Counted from the first letter of the stretch, positions 1-10,968 are shown. The stretch is 64,000 nucleotides of DNA from Malacoraja senta (GCA_038087875.1 CM075990.1:496001-560000), one strand, 5' to 3'. Notes: generated from the sequence alone by a model not told the origin. Numbers and translations: made by a program.

Positions 1-35
1 CCACAAACAGGGGGCAGAAAATTCCACCGATAACC

Positions 36-1966
36 ATGTAGGTAGGTGGGTTTGGTTCTTGTCGAATCATATTAAGTGGGAATCACCTACAAGTTGGGGG
101 GAGATTACACTTCATTTTGAAGGAATGGTATGGGATAACATCAGATCCGTTTATACTGCACAGTATACAAGGGTTTCGAATTGAATTCCTTCTCAATTTG
201 CGTCCACCCACACAGCATACACCAAACTGGACATTTGTTTTCTCACAAAAAGAGAATTTGGAGGTACAAGCTGAAATTGAAAATTTATACAAAAAAGGGG
301 TAATTGAGAAGGCGGTTCACCAACCTCACCAATTTGTGTCTAATATTTTTCCTAGGCCAAAGAAGGATGGGAGCTGTCGAATCATCCTTGACTTGATGAG
401 CCTTAACACCTTTGTGCAGTATAAACATTTCAAAATGGAAACCTTTGTTACTGCCAAACAATTGATTTCCAGAGGATGTATGGCATGGATAGATCTTAAA
501 GATGCATATTATTCAGTGCCTGTTCATAGGGATCATCGGAGATATTTGAAGTTTAGCTGGATGAGGCAATTATGGCAATTTAAAGCACTGCCTAATGGGT
601 TAACCTCGGCCCCTAGACTATTTACAAAACTGTTAAAACCATTGCTGGGGCTACTCCGGGCTCAGAGTCATATTGTAATAGCTTATTTGGATGATATTTT
701 AATCATAGGGAAGACTCGGGAAGCAGCTGAATTATCTGTGTCAGCTGTTAAACTCATGTTTGAGAGATTGGGGTTGCTCAACCATCCAGTTAAATCCAAA
801 TTGATACCAGTTAGAGTTATTGATTATTTGGGATTCACTATTAACTCAACTCACATGTCTGTGACTCTGCCCAGGTGCAAGAGATTAGACTTAATTGAAG
901 GCTGTAACAAGCTCATGATGGAGCAGCAACCTTCAATTAGACATGTGACCAGCTTGATTGGCAAATTAGTGGCTGCCTTTCCAGCTGCACAGTTTGGACC
1001 TTTGCACTATCAAAATTTACAACGTGCAAAGGAGCAGGCACTCGGGGTACATGCAGGTCATTTTGACAAGCCTGTGCAATTAACAGCTGAAGCCATTGCT
1101 GAAGTGCAGTGGTGGATAGTGAGCATTTGGAGTTGCTCTGGGAAAGTTCTGATTGAGAAACCTTCAGTTGTCTTACAGACTGATGTTAGTACCCTAGGAT
1201 GGAGTGCTACTGATACCATCTCTAGCTGTGGAGGCAGATGGAATATGCATGAGGCATTTATTCTTCAATCACATGGGATTAGCTATTTAGAACTGTTGGG
1301 AGCATTCTATGGTGTTATGGCTTATTGTACTAGTATGCGTCACTTGCATGTTCAGCTTCAGATTGACAACACTACGGCAGTGGCGTATGTTAATCACATG
1401 GGTGGAATCAAGTCGGAATCTTGTGATAGATTGGCTAACCTTATTTGGCACTGGTGTATTACAAGAAATATTTGGGTTTCAGCTATCTACCTACCAGGTA
1501 GATTAAACATGGTGGCAGACACCAGGTCATGTAAATTCAATGACAACACAGAATGGATGTTGAATCATGATGTATTTAATGATATTGTTGTTCGGTATGG
1601 GATGCCAGATATCGATTTGTTTGCATCCAGACTCAATCACCAGTTACCGAAGTATGTTTCATGGGAACCAGACCCAGGGGCAGTAGCGGTAGATGCATTC
1701 TCGCTACACTGGGGTGGAATGTTTTTATATGCATTTCCCCCATTTTGCCTCATCATTCGGTGCTAGCTCAAGATCAAGCAGGACGACGCCTCAGGAGTTT
1801 TGGTGGTACCCGACTGGCCTACACAGCCATGGTTCCCACTCGTTTTGGGGATAATAACACAGCCTATTATGACTGTCCCGAAACGTAGTGACCTACTGGT
1901 GCACCCTGTAACTGGGGATCAACATCCATTACATGACCGTATTGATCTATTAATTTGCAGATTCTG
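36..1966 (+). pseudogene. DIRS pol: reverse transcriptase, RNase H and adenine-methyltransferase-like domain
   Basis: ORF 117-1766 has DLKDAY, LPNGLTSAP, YLDD, QTDVS..GW, IDNTTAV, DLFASRLN and YAFPPF. The in-frame ATG at 36 is followed directly by TAG, there is a premature TAG at 1764, and the homologous frame continues (VVPDWPTQPW) to TGA at 1966. Confidence 0.9.
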
Positions 1967-2938
1967 AGGAAGCCATACCTGGGGCTTGGATTATCCGATC
2001 GAACCATGGATGTGATCACTGCGGCCTAGAGGGATAGTACCAAAAAACAGTACATCTCTCATGTCAGGAAATGGGAGGTGTTCTGCTTATGAGGGAACAT
2101 AACATATCAAACGGCATGCATCTCAGATGTGCTAGAGTTTCTGTCAATGCTATATTTTGATGAAGGGTTGAGCTATAGTGCCATCAATAGTGCCAGGAGT
2201 GCCCTGTCATCATACTTATGGCTGGGGTCGGAACAACATTCTGTTGGATCTCACCCTTTAATATCCCGGTTTATGAAGGGTATATTTAATTCCAATCCCC
2301 CCAGGCCTAGGTACTCTGAAATCTGGGATGTGAGCATGGTACTCACGCTGCTTCGCCAGTGGGCTCCAGCCACATCCCTGTCTTTCCCCAAAATCACCCT
2401 TAAGGTGGTCTTGCTCATGGCGCTGGTTTCATCGCAACGGGTCCAGACGTTGCAGAAGCTGCGACTGGACAGGATGGTGTTATCTGGAAATAACATGACG
2501 TTTTTCGTTTATGATTTAATTAAGCAGAGCAGACCAGGGGTGTCAGGATTCAAGCTTAATTTTTCGGCATACCCCACGGATTTACGACTGTGTGTAGTTT
2601 TGCACTTGCAACATTATATCACGGTCACCAAGAGCCTCAGAGGCTCGGAATCAGCATTACTTATTAGCCACAAAAAGCCGCATAAGAAAGTGTCGATACA
2701 GACCATTTCAAGATGGCTGAAACAGGTTCTAGTTTGTGCAGGAGTAGACACTGACAATTTTAAATCTCACTCCACCAGGGCGGCATCAACGTCAGCAGCG
2801 AGGGCAATGGATGTCCCTCTCGACCATATCCTCGTGGCCGCAGGATGGTCAAATGAACTGACTTTTCAAAGATTCTATAACAAACCGCTTACTGAACCGG
2901 GGGTATTCGCCCATTCCATTTTAAGTTCTGTTTCATAG
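1961..2938 (+). pseudogene. DIRS tyrosine recombinase
   Basis: ORF 2129-2938 has SAINSARSALS, SSQRVQ (R), LIKQSR (K), HSTR, AGW and FYNK (Y). The N-terminal part from 1961 carries stops. Confidence 0.9.
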
Positions 2939-3113
2939 CTTCCCCCTGGGAGAGAGGGGTCGCTATTGTTTTTCTTTGTTAAATAAACCATTAACATGTT
3001 CAAATCAATGACATGGTTCAATGCATTGTTTATTATTCACTCATCCTGGGTCAATCGATGCAGTGAGATGCCTGGATTCGTATCTATGGCATGAAATCAC
3101 AGAGCTTTGAAAT

Positions 3114-3225
3114 CTTCATGGAATCACTCACGTGACTCCGAAGTAAAATAGTAAGATTAAACGAGAACTTAACAGTTTGAAGTTTGATCTTTATTTTATG
3201 AGGAGTTACGATGAGTGATTACGTG
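3114..3225 (+). repeat. DIRS internal complementary region (ICR)
   Basis: 3149-3225 is the near-exact reverse complement of 3369-3445. 3114-3148 is complementary to the family 5' end TTTTACTTCGGAGTCACGTGAGTGA seen at 36949 and 62542. Confidence 0.92.
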
Positions 3226-3444
3226 CCCACCGCTCCCAACCCTCAAATCACAAAGGTCATCTGGTAGTTCCAGGTTTCTGATCTTGCTATGTTACTTCAA
3301 TTACTGTTACCTGTGATTTCACACCGCTGCTTTGAAGATTGACGCGCATGCGGACTGGCGGGGTTCTTCACGTAATCGCTCATCGTAACTCCTCATAAAA
3401 TAAAGATCAAACTTCAAACTGGTAAGTTCTCATTTAATCTTACT

Positions 3445-3630
3445 ATTAACCTACATACCTCTATGTCTTTGGAGTGTGGGAGGAAACTGAAGATCTCGGA
3501 GAAAACCCACGCTGTCAAGGAGAGAACGTACATCCGTACAGACAGCACCCGTAGTCGGGATTGAACCCAGGTCTCCAGCGCTGCAAGCGCTGTAAGGCAG
3601 CAACTCGACCGCCGCCACCGTGCCGCCCAA
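3445..3630 (-). mobile_element. HE1/V-SINE-like tRNA-derived SINE, 5' half (target of DIRS copy A)
   Basis: Minus strand reads GGGCGGCACGGTGGCGG..GGGTTCAATCCC..GGTGCTGTCTGTACGG..TTCCTCCCACACTCCAAAGAC, like the other copies. Confidence 0.85.
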
Positions 3631-4221
3631 TGGTGTAATACCAACCGTGTCGTTAAGAGGTAGTAGACCTTGTCCTGGAATGAGTTAGCTGATCTTGCAA
3701 ATAGTTAAAAACCTGGAAACGATTCTGGGAAGCACAAATCCATTCAAACCTTCTCATTTTTTGGATGACCTTACAAAATACTAAAATGAATACTCTAATG
3801 TATAATCTGCAAGTAGGCATGTGTGCCAATTTTAAAATTCACAAGCATGGTGTAGAGAATCAATTCACTAATGAAAGTCTTGCTTACAGCAGCATTACAG
3901 GAATACGGATTCAGACAACACACAAATATATTAATTTGCAGGTCAATTCTTATAATTTGTAAATGATAATAAAAAATAAAAAGTCTGTGCAAAAAACAAG
4001 ACTTTAGTGCAAAACATAAAAGTCAAGAGTCTGGAGTGTATAATTTCATGTACAGACAACATGCACAGTACACAAAAGAGTTGCCACAGGTTGATTAATG
4101 CAATAACACAACAATTAAACTTACAATAATCCATAACACAATAAATTAAAATGTAAATTACACAATAGTAATAAGTAACCAGACCATAATTCCTCCCACA
4201 CTCCATTGAAGTACATAGTTT

Positions 4222-4420
4222 GCATTGGAATTCTTTGCCATAGAAGGCCGTGGAGGCCAAGTCAATGGATATTTTTAAGGCAGAGATAGATAGATTTTTG
4301 ATTATTACGGGTTTCAGGGGTTATGGCGAGAAGGCACGAGAATCAGCTATGATTTAATGGTGGAGTGGACTTGATTGGTCGAATGGCGTAATTCTGCTTC
4401 TGACACTAATAAACTTATGA
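4222..4420 (+). mobile_element. CR1 LINE 3' fragment
   Basis: TGGAATTCTTTGCCA..GTGGAGGCCAAGTCAATGGATATTTTTAAGGCAGAGATAGA, matching the 3' end at 48076-48290. Confidence 0.75.
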
Positions 4421-4679
4421 ACAATGCAATCTGTAAATTTTACACAGTAGTTTGGTGTTGCTATAGGGTTAATGTTATGTTTGGGGAGTGTTGTTCCAGA
4501 CTCTGATAGTTAATGGGAAGATACTTGTTTTCAAGTCTCCTGTATCTTCTTCCCAATGGTTGGCCAATGTTCACCACTTTTTGCATCTTCTCCATTCGTG
4601 GGCGTTCCATTTTACGAACCAGGCCTTGATGCAACCAATTAATATGCCCACTATTGTACACCTGAAATAGTTCAAGAGA

Positions 4680-5290
4680 GTGTTTGTCTACAAAATGAAT
4701 CTCACTCTTCAACAAAAATCCTCTACAAAAATCCTCAATACTTTAAAGAAGTAGAGGCGTTGATAGGCTTTCCTTATGATTACATCCATATTCAGGGTCC
4801 AGGATAGATCTTAAGAGATATGCAGGCCCAGGAATTTGAAGTTTCTGACTCTCTCCACCTCTGCCTTGTCGATGAGGACTGGTTTATGGCTCCATGAATT
4901 TCCTTTTTCTGAAGTCAACAATCAGCACCCTGGTCTTGCTAACATTGAGAGCAAGATTGTTCTGACATTATTCGCTCAGATTACCAATCTCCCTCCCATA
5001 CCATGTCTCATCATTATCAGTTATTCGTCCAACAATGGTGGTATCGTCAGGTGAAATTAAAGATGGTTTTGGACTGTGTTTGCCTACACAGTGGGTACAG
5101 AGAAAGTAGAGCAGTGGATTGAGCACACAGCCTTCGGCGGTCGTGTTAATGGTTATCGAGGAGGAAGTGTTGTGAAACAAATTGTAATTAGCCAATGAGA
5201 AAGTCACATTGGGTTGATGAGAGATCCGGTATCTCCATTTGATGATCGGTTTGGAGAGGATGATATTGTTGAATGCCGAGCTGTAGGTCC
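4680..5290 (-). mobile_element. Degenerate Rex1/Babar-like LINE RT fragment
   Basis: Minus-strand translation GCVLNPLLY...DDTTIVGRITDNDETWY. Confidence 0.7.
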
Positions 5291-5414
5291 TTACAAAGGC
5301 AGGAGATGATTCATTAAAAAAAAAACGAAAAGAGACACTTTTGGTATAAACGAAAGGAAGTAATGACTTTTGGCAGCTGAGTTAGGGCTTGCAGGCCATC
5401 ACTTGCTAAAGGAG

Positions 5415-5510
5415 TAGACAGAAAAAGCTGGAGTAACTCAGCAGGTCAAACAGCTTCACTGGAGAAAAAGAATTGGTGACGTTTTGGGTCGAGATACTTC
5501 TTCAGACTAC
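5415..5510 (-). mobile_element. Penelope-like terminal repeat fragment with degenerate hammerhead motif
   Basis: Minus strand AGTCTGAAGAAGTATCTCGACCCAAAACGTCACC followed by CTGAGTTACTCCAGC. Confidence 0.7.
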
Positions 5511-6225
5511 TAAAAGAAACAGCTTAAACACCATATCTCCAGGACCGGACAATGTTTCACCCTCTACTCTCCAGCTCTGTGCCGATCAACTGGCACTGGT
5601 CTACACAGACATTTTCAACCAGTCCCTGCAAACCTGTAATGTCCCTGCCTGCTTCAAAGTCTCCACTATTGCCCCTGTACCCAAAAAGGCAAGGATTACT
5701 GGTCTTAATGACCACAGGACTGTCACACTGACCTCTGTAGTCATAAAGACCCTTGAAATGCTTGTGCTGGCCAAGCTGAAAAATATCACAAACCCCCTGC
5801 TGGACCCTCTGCAGTTTGCATATCGGGCCAATAGATCTGTGGATGACACAGTCAACCTTGGCCTGCACTTCATCCTCCAGCTCCTAGACTGCCAGGGGAC
5901 CTATGCGAGGATTTTGTTTGTTGATTTTAGCTCTGCATTCAACACCATTGTGCCAGAGCTACTACACTCCAAACCTTCCAAGTGGACTGGGCCTGAACCC
6001 CTCTGTCGGTGGATCACCAGCTTCCTGACAGACAGGAAGCAGCGTGTGAGGCTGGGAAAGCACATCTTAGACCCGCAAACCCTCAGCATAGGAGCACCGC
6101 AAGGCTGTGTACTCTCCCCTCTCCTCTACTCTCTCTGCACTAATGACTGCACCTCCACAGAAACCTCTGTCAAGCCCTGATTGGACTGATCCAGGATGGG
6201 GAGGAATCTGCCTACAGACAGGAAG

Positions 6226-6429
6226 TGTAAAGAGTGTATAACGAGGCATCGTTACTTTACTATCTTTATTCATACTGGAGCATTACACATTGCACTAGCT
6301 GTACGTGGTCTGTCACAGGAACTGGAGGGCGATCTGTGGGTGGGGAGGTTGTAGATATACTTGTGATATGGGGAGTGGTTAGTAGGTATGAGGTCACTGT
6401 GTTAAAGGCACATGCATATCTCATCTACA
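6226..6429 (-). repeat. Gypsy 3' LTR
   Basis: Direct repeat of 10765-10968 with 2 substitutions seen. Minus-strand AATAAA at 6265-6270. Confidence 0.97.
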
Positions 6430-6442
6430 TCTTTCCTCTTCG
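6430..6442 (-). promoter_or_regulatory. Polypurine tract
   Basis: Minus strand CGAAGAGGAAAGA directly abuts the 3' LTR. Confidence 0.85.
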
Positions 6443-6498
6443 AAACGACAGGCAAATACAATGGTGACATGGCGACCACGGCTCATGCGCTAGGATAG

Positions 6499-9400
6499 TT
6501 AAACAAAATCGCCATAGCGGTCAGGCGGTTTGACAAGACGTCCCGCCCGGGTTCGTGTCTCGCCATCCACCCTTCCTGCAGGAGGAAGAGGCACCGGCGG
6601 GGACAGACGAACCTGAAAGGGAGAAACGGGAGGAGACGGAGGAGACCGCGGCACCGAACCCGGAGGGGATGCGAGATCGGGACCGGGAAGAGCGCGGGCA
6701 GGCGAGCGAGGACTAGTCGGAGCGGGGTGGAACGGAAGGGGCTGAGGAGGAGCAGAACATTGCATGTCAGGAAGGACGGGCAGAGCAACGCCCTGACGCG
6801 AAACAGGCAGTGGGGGAGCAAAGGGATCCGCGGCAGGAGGACGCGGCTCGTTGACGAGCCGAAGGTGCTGGCGGGACCGTCGGTAAATGGCACCAGCGTG
6901 GTCGACGAGATAGGACCTGGGCGACCCCGCAGAGCCGACGACAGTAGCGAGCTTGGAGTGACCGGGAGCGGTCTGCATACGGACAACTTGGCCGGGGAAG
7001 AGGCGCGGCAGCGGGTGGCAGGACCTGTCATGGGAACGCTGTTGGACGTCGTGCCTGAAGGCAATGCGTTTCTGAACCGCCGCAGGTGGGAGGATGGAGG
7101 GTATGAGGGAGCGCTGGGCCACAGGGAGCGGGAGTCTTGTAGCGCGAGACATGAGCCGCCGAGCAGGTGAACCCATGGCAGAGTCGCGGGAAATGTTCCG
7201 AAGGTTGAGGAGGGCCAGATGGAAGTCGGAGTTAATGCCACCACACTGTTCCAACAGGTGCTTCGCGCTGCGGACTGCGCGCTCGGCCAAACCATTGCTT
7301 TGCGGGTACTCCGGGCTGCTGGTGAAATGGCGGAAGTTCCATCTGGAAGCGAACGCTTTAAACTCGGAGCTCGTGAACTGGCTGCCATTGTCCGACTGCA
7401 GGGTTGCCGGGGGGCCGAAAGTGCCAAAATGAGGGTACAACCTATCGATGACGGCCGAAGAGGTCATGGAATGCAGCCGGTCGACCACAAACCAGCTGGA
7501 GTAGGAGTCAACGAGAACCAGGAAATGTTTGCCCCGCCACTCAAAAATGTCAGCGGCAAGCGCCATCCAGGGCAGTTCGGGCGCGGGCTGCTGTAGAAGT
7601 GGCTGACACTGCTGGTGGGGGGCGAGGCTGTTGCAGGTGGAACACGAGGAGACCCTCTCCCGGATGTATTTGGCCATATCCGGCCAATAGAACTGGCTCC
7701 TGGCGAGAGACACGGTGGCTTCGGCCCCAGGATGACCGCGGTGAGCGACTTGAAAATAGTGGTCGTGCAGCGCCGCGGGCACGACCACCTTGTGACCCTT
7801 CACCAACACGCCGTCGTGCAGTACGAGCTCGTCCCAGACCAGGAAGTAGGGCACGGCACCAGCCGGCAGTGCCGAACGACGGTCAGGCCAGCCCTGCCGG
7901 ATGACGGCAGACAGCTGTTGCAGGGCAGGGTCATTGGCAGTGTGTTCAACCAGGGACTTCATCTGCTGTGAGGGGACGATGTTCAATCGTAGCACCAATA
8001 ACTCAGACATTTCGTATTGGTGGCGAGCGGTGGACGTCAGCGGGGCGCGAGACAACGTGTCGGCCACGAACATGTCTTTGCCCTTACGATAAACCACCGT
8101 GAACGTGAAGCGCTGGAGCTGCAGCATCATGCGCTGCAGGCGTGATGAGGCCACATGGATTGACTTGTTGAGGATGGTGACAAGTGGCTGATGGTCAGTT
8201 TCAACGGTGAAAGTGTTGCCCACGATGTAGTCCCGGAATTTGGAGCAGGCAAACACCACGGCCAGTAGCTCCTTCTCAATCTGCGCGTAGTGCTGTTCGG
8301 TGGCGGTCATGGTGCGGGACGCGAAGGAGACAGGCAGCTGCAGGCCGTCATGGACCTGGAGACAGGCGGCACCGAGTCCGAACTGAGAGGCGTCGCAGGT
8401 GAGGACAATGGGACGCTGCAGGTCAAAGAACTTGAGCGTGGGGGTGCTGATCAGCTTAGACTTAAGAATGTCAAATGCCTTCTGATGGTTGGGTAACCAA
8501 AGCCAGGACGTGTCCTTTTTGATCAGATCCCTCAGGGGAGCGCTGAGCTCGCTGAGGTCGGGGATGAACTTCCCCAGGTAGTTTACCAAGCCTAGGAAGC
8601 GTTGCAGGCCTGCCACATTGGTAGGAGGGGGCATCCCTGAGATGGCAGCCGTTTTCTGCGGGTCTGGCTTTAATCCCTCAGCGGTGAATACATGTCCAAC
8701 ATAGGTTACCTCCGAGACGCGGAATCGGCACTTCTTGGGGTTCAGTTTCAAGTTGATTTGCCGGGCCCGGTCCAGGACCTGGCGGAGGTTGACATCGTGT
8801 TCGGCAACGTCCTTACCGTAAACGAGGATGTCGTCAACAATTATGGTGCAAGGTAGACCTAAAAACAACTGCTCCATTGTCCGCTGAAATACCTCGCTGG
8901 CAGAGTTGATCCCGAATGGCATTCGGAGGAACCGAAACCTTCCGTAGGGGGTGGCGAAAGTTGTCAAAATGGACGACCGCTCGTCCAGTGGTATCTGCCA
9001 GAAGGAGCTTTTGGCATCGAGGACAGAAAAAAACGTTGCTGGACCAACCTGTGCAGCGACATCTTCCACCGTTCTCATAGGGTAGTGAGGGCGTCTAATG
9101 GCCAGGTTGAGGTCTTTGGGGTTGATGCAGATGCGTATCTCGCTCATGTCCTTTTTAGCAGCAACAACCATGGAAGAGACCCAGCTGGTGGGCTCGACGA
9201 CCGCCTTTAGGATGCCCATTTGTACCATACTGTGTAGGGTCGCCTCCACTCTGTCCCTCATGGCGAAGGAGACACGGTGAGGAGCATGGACCACAGGAAC
9301 GATCTTATGGTCCACTACAATCTTGTAGCTGCAGGGTAGTTTGCCTAGCTTATCATCAAAGCGGTCGGGATAATCGGCCAGCGGGTCCATAAGAGTCTGC

Positions 9401-10668
9401 ACCTGGTGGATGTCACGGTGGAAGTACACCAGTCCCATTTCCTGGCATGCCTGGATCCCCAGCAGGGGAATGCATTTTCGATTGAGGAGATAGAAGGTGA
9501 GGGGCCGAGAGGTCTCTAGTATCTTACAGCGTAGCGTGGCCTTGCCCACAGGAGTAAGAATCTCCCCACCGTAGCCATGCAAGGTTGAGCTCTGGGAAAA
9601 TATCTGCTCATTAGTTCTTAGCTGGTTGAAAAGAGATGTTGACATTACGTTGGTCACAGCCCCCGTGTCGAGCTTAGCAGTGAAGGTCGAGTTGTTCACA
9701 GTGACTAGCACAGAAGGGTCCGTTATCATAGCAGGTGCGTCCAACACGGTAAACAAGTTGGTCTCCCCCTGAGAGGAGTCAGATGCAGAAACAGAATGTT
9801 CATCGGAATAGCACTGGGAGCTGAGCTCACTGTCAGCTTGTAGAAGGTTGTTTAAATTTCCCCTTCGAGCAGCGACAGGCTTCCCACGGGAACGACAAGC
9901 CGTAGCAAAATGGTTCAATTTTTTGCAGACATTACACGTTTTCCCCAAAGCAGGGCACACATTGAATTGATGAGTCGTGAAGTTGCAATTAGGGCACCTT
10001 TGCCGGGTACCTCCCCCTGTAGCAGCACCGAACCCCGGGGCGCGTCCCCCTCGAGCAGCGAGCGACCCCGGGGGTCGCGACTGGGGTGTGTTCATGAGAT
10101 GACTGGGAGTGCTGGCAAAGTTGATCGCCTGCTCAACCGGCGACGCCGCCGAGGAAACAGCTTCAGCTAAGCGAGTAGCGTGCATAGCATCGGCTAAAGT
10201 CAGATCCGGCTTGCGCAGAAGTTCGGCCCTGAGCTTCTCATCACGGAGACCGTAAACCAGAAGGTCCCTGAGAATCTCATCGGGGTTCCACGCGTGGAGG
10301 CGGCAGCGCCTGCCGAGGTGCCGCAGCGCAATGACATAGTTCTCAGCAGATTCCCCGGGGAGCTGACGCCGCGCGAACAGTTTAAAACGTTCTAAGATGC
10401 AATTTGTCGGAATGTCACAAATAGCGTCAAACTTAGCCAACAGACATACCGGGTCCCGGGCTGATTCTCCCGCAGCGTAGACGAAGAAGTCGGAGCGAGT
10501 CAGGGCCTCGGGACCAGCCAAGAGAAGCAGAGAGGCTTTGAGTGCGGCGGTGGCGTCAGGATGAGCGATCGTGAAATAGTGTTCAAAGTCGCGTTTGAAT
10601 ACGTCCCATCGAAGGGCGATGTCTAAATCGAAAACGAGCACATCGGGCTTACGGGCAGAAGAGGCCAT
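6499..10668 (-). CDS. Gag-Pol polyprotein (~1389 aa from the first ATG)
   Basis: Uninterrupted ORF: two CCHC knuckles (CPNC..H...C and CNVC..H...C), protease LDTGA, RT (LDAKSSFWQ, MPFG, IVDD), RNase H (CDAS, EKELLA, TDHQPL), integrase (HRGH..CSTC, ADIF, SDNG, AERAV) and a Pro-rich tail ending TRAGRLVKPPDRY. Confidence 0.95.
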   Translation of the reverse strand: MASSARKPDVLVFDLDIALRWDVFKRDFEHYFTIAHPDATAALKASLLLLAGPEALTRSDFFVYAAGESARDPVCLLAKFDAICDIPTNCILERFKLFARRQLPGESAENYVIALRHLGRRCRLHAWNPDEILRDLLVYGLRDEKLRAELLRKPDLTLADAMHATRLAEAVSSAASPVEQAINFASTPSHLMNTPQSRPPGSLAARGGRAPGFGAATGGGTRQRCPNCNFTTHQFNVCPALGKTCNVCKKLNHFATACRSRGKPVAARRGNLNNLLQADSELSSQCYSDEHSVSASDSSQGETNLFTVLDAPAMITDPSVLVTVNNSTFTAKLDTGAVTNVMSTSLFNQLRTNEQIFSQSSTLHGYGGEILTPVGKATLRCKILETSRPLTFYLLNRKCIPLLGIQACQEMGLVYFHRDIHQVQTLMDPLADYPDRFDDKLGKLPCSYKIVVDHKIVPVVHAPHRVSFAMRDRVEATLHSMVQMGILKAVVEPTSWVSSMVVAAKKDMSEIRICINPKDLNLAIRRPHYPMRTVEDVAAQVGPATFFSVLDAKSSFWQIPLDERSSILTTFATPYGRFRFLRMPFGINSASEVFQRTMEQLFLGLPCTIIVDDILVYGKDVAEHDVNLRQVLDRARQINLKLNPKKCRFRVSEVTYVGHVFTAEGLKPDPQKTAAISGMPPPTNVAGLQRFLGLVNYLGKFIPDLSELSAPLRDLIKKDTSWLWLPNHQKAFDILKSKLISTPTLKFFDLQRPIVLTCDASQFGLGAACLQVHDGLQLPVSFASRTMTATEQHYAQIEKELLAVVFACSKFRDYIVGNTFTVETDHQPLVTILNKSIHVASSRLQRMMLQLQRFTFTVVYRKGKDMFVADTLSRAPLTSTARHQYEMSELLVLRLNIVPSQQMKSLVEHTANDPALQQLSAVIRQGWPDRRSALPAGAVPYFLVWDELVLHDGVLVKGHKVVVPAALHDHYFQVAHRGHPGAEATVSLARSQFYWPDMAKYIRERVSSCSTCNSLAPHQQCQPLLQQPAPELPWMALAADIFEWRGKHFLVLVDSYSSWFVVDRLHSMTSSAVIDRLYPHFGTFGPPATLQSDNGSQFTSSEFKAFASRWNFRHFTSSPEYPQSNGLAERAVRSAKHLLEQCGGINSDFHLALLNLRNISRDSAMGSPARRLMSRATRLPLPVAQRSLIPSILPPAAVQKRIAFRHDVQQRSHDRSCHPLPRLFPGQVVRMQTAPGHSKLATVVGSAGSPRSYLVDHAGAIYRRSRQHLRLVNEPRPPAADPFAPPLPVSRQGVALPVLPDMQCSAPPQPLPFHPAPTSPRSPARALPGPDLASPPGSVPRSPPSPPVSPFQVRLSPPVPLPPAGRVDGETRTRAGRLVKPPDRYGDFV

Positions 10669-10750
10669 GACAAAGAAATAGGAGGGCGGGGGAAACAAAA
10701 AACTGGGACAAACTTAAATGATAAACCGATAAACAGGAGGCGCAAGGTAA

Positions 10751-10764
10751 GTTATTTGACACCA
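10751..10764 (-). promoter_or_regulatory. Primer binding site (tRNA-Leu-like TGGTGTCA)
   Basis: Minus strand TGGTGTCAAATAAC immediately follows the 5' LTR. Confidence 0.75.
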
Positions 10765-10968
10765 TGTAAAGAGTGTATAACGAGGCATCGTTACTTTACT
10801 ATCTTTATTCATACTGGAGCATTACACATTGCACTAGCTGTACGTGGTCTGTCACAGGAACTAGAGGGCGATCTGTGGGTGGGGAGGTTGTAGATATACT
10901 TGTGATATGGGGAGTGGTTAGTAGGTATGAGGTCACTATGTTAAAGGCACATGCATATCTCATCTACA
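10765..10968 (-). repeat. Gypsy 5' LTR
   Basis: TGTA..TACA ends; direct repeat of 6226-6429. Confidence 0.97.

Larger units (their letters stand above)
1..3447 (+). mobile_element. DIRS1-like tyrosine-recombinase retrotransposon, copy A (5' part outside window)
   Basis: RT-RNaseH-MT frame followed by a YR frame. ICR at ~3114-3225; its right part is inverted-complementary to the terminus 3369-3447, which ends CTTACT-ATT. Confidence 0.95.
6226..10968 (-). mobile_element. Full-length Ty3/Gypsy LTR retrotransposon, Mag-like
   Basis: Two 204-bp TG..CA LTRs, 5-bp TSD GGAAG (6221-6225 and 10969-10973), PBS, PPT and a single gag-pol ORF in PR-RT-RH-IN order. Confidence 0.97.

Noticed and set aside
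117..2938. RT plus methyltransferase plus phage-integrase-like genes as a prokaryotic retron or prophage system
   Set aside because: Gene order and ITR/ICR are diagnostic of eukaryotic DIRS elements.
3560..3630. tRNA-like A/B boxes here and in other SINE heads as tRNA genes
   Set aside because: They continue into SINE bodies and lack a full cloverleaf.
6234..6467. Duplicated small ORF, also at 10773-10976
   Set aside because: Simply the two LTRs read antisense.
6470..6481. TGGCGACCACG resembling a tRNA-Arg PBS on the plus strand
   Set aside because: About 40 nt from the LTR and opposite to the ORF and PPT orientation; likely chance.
6483..7971. Overlapping alternative-frame and antisense ORFs (314 aa and others) over the Gypsy integrase
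   Set aside because: Expected shadow ORFs in GC-rich coding DNA; no motifs.
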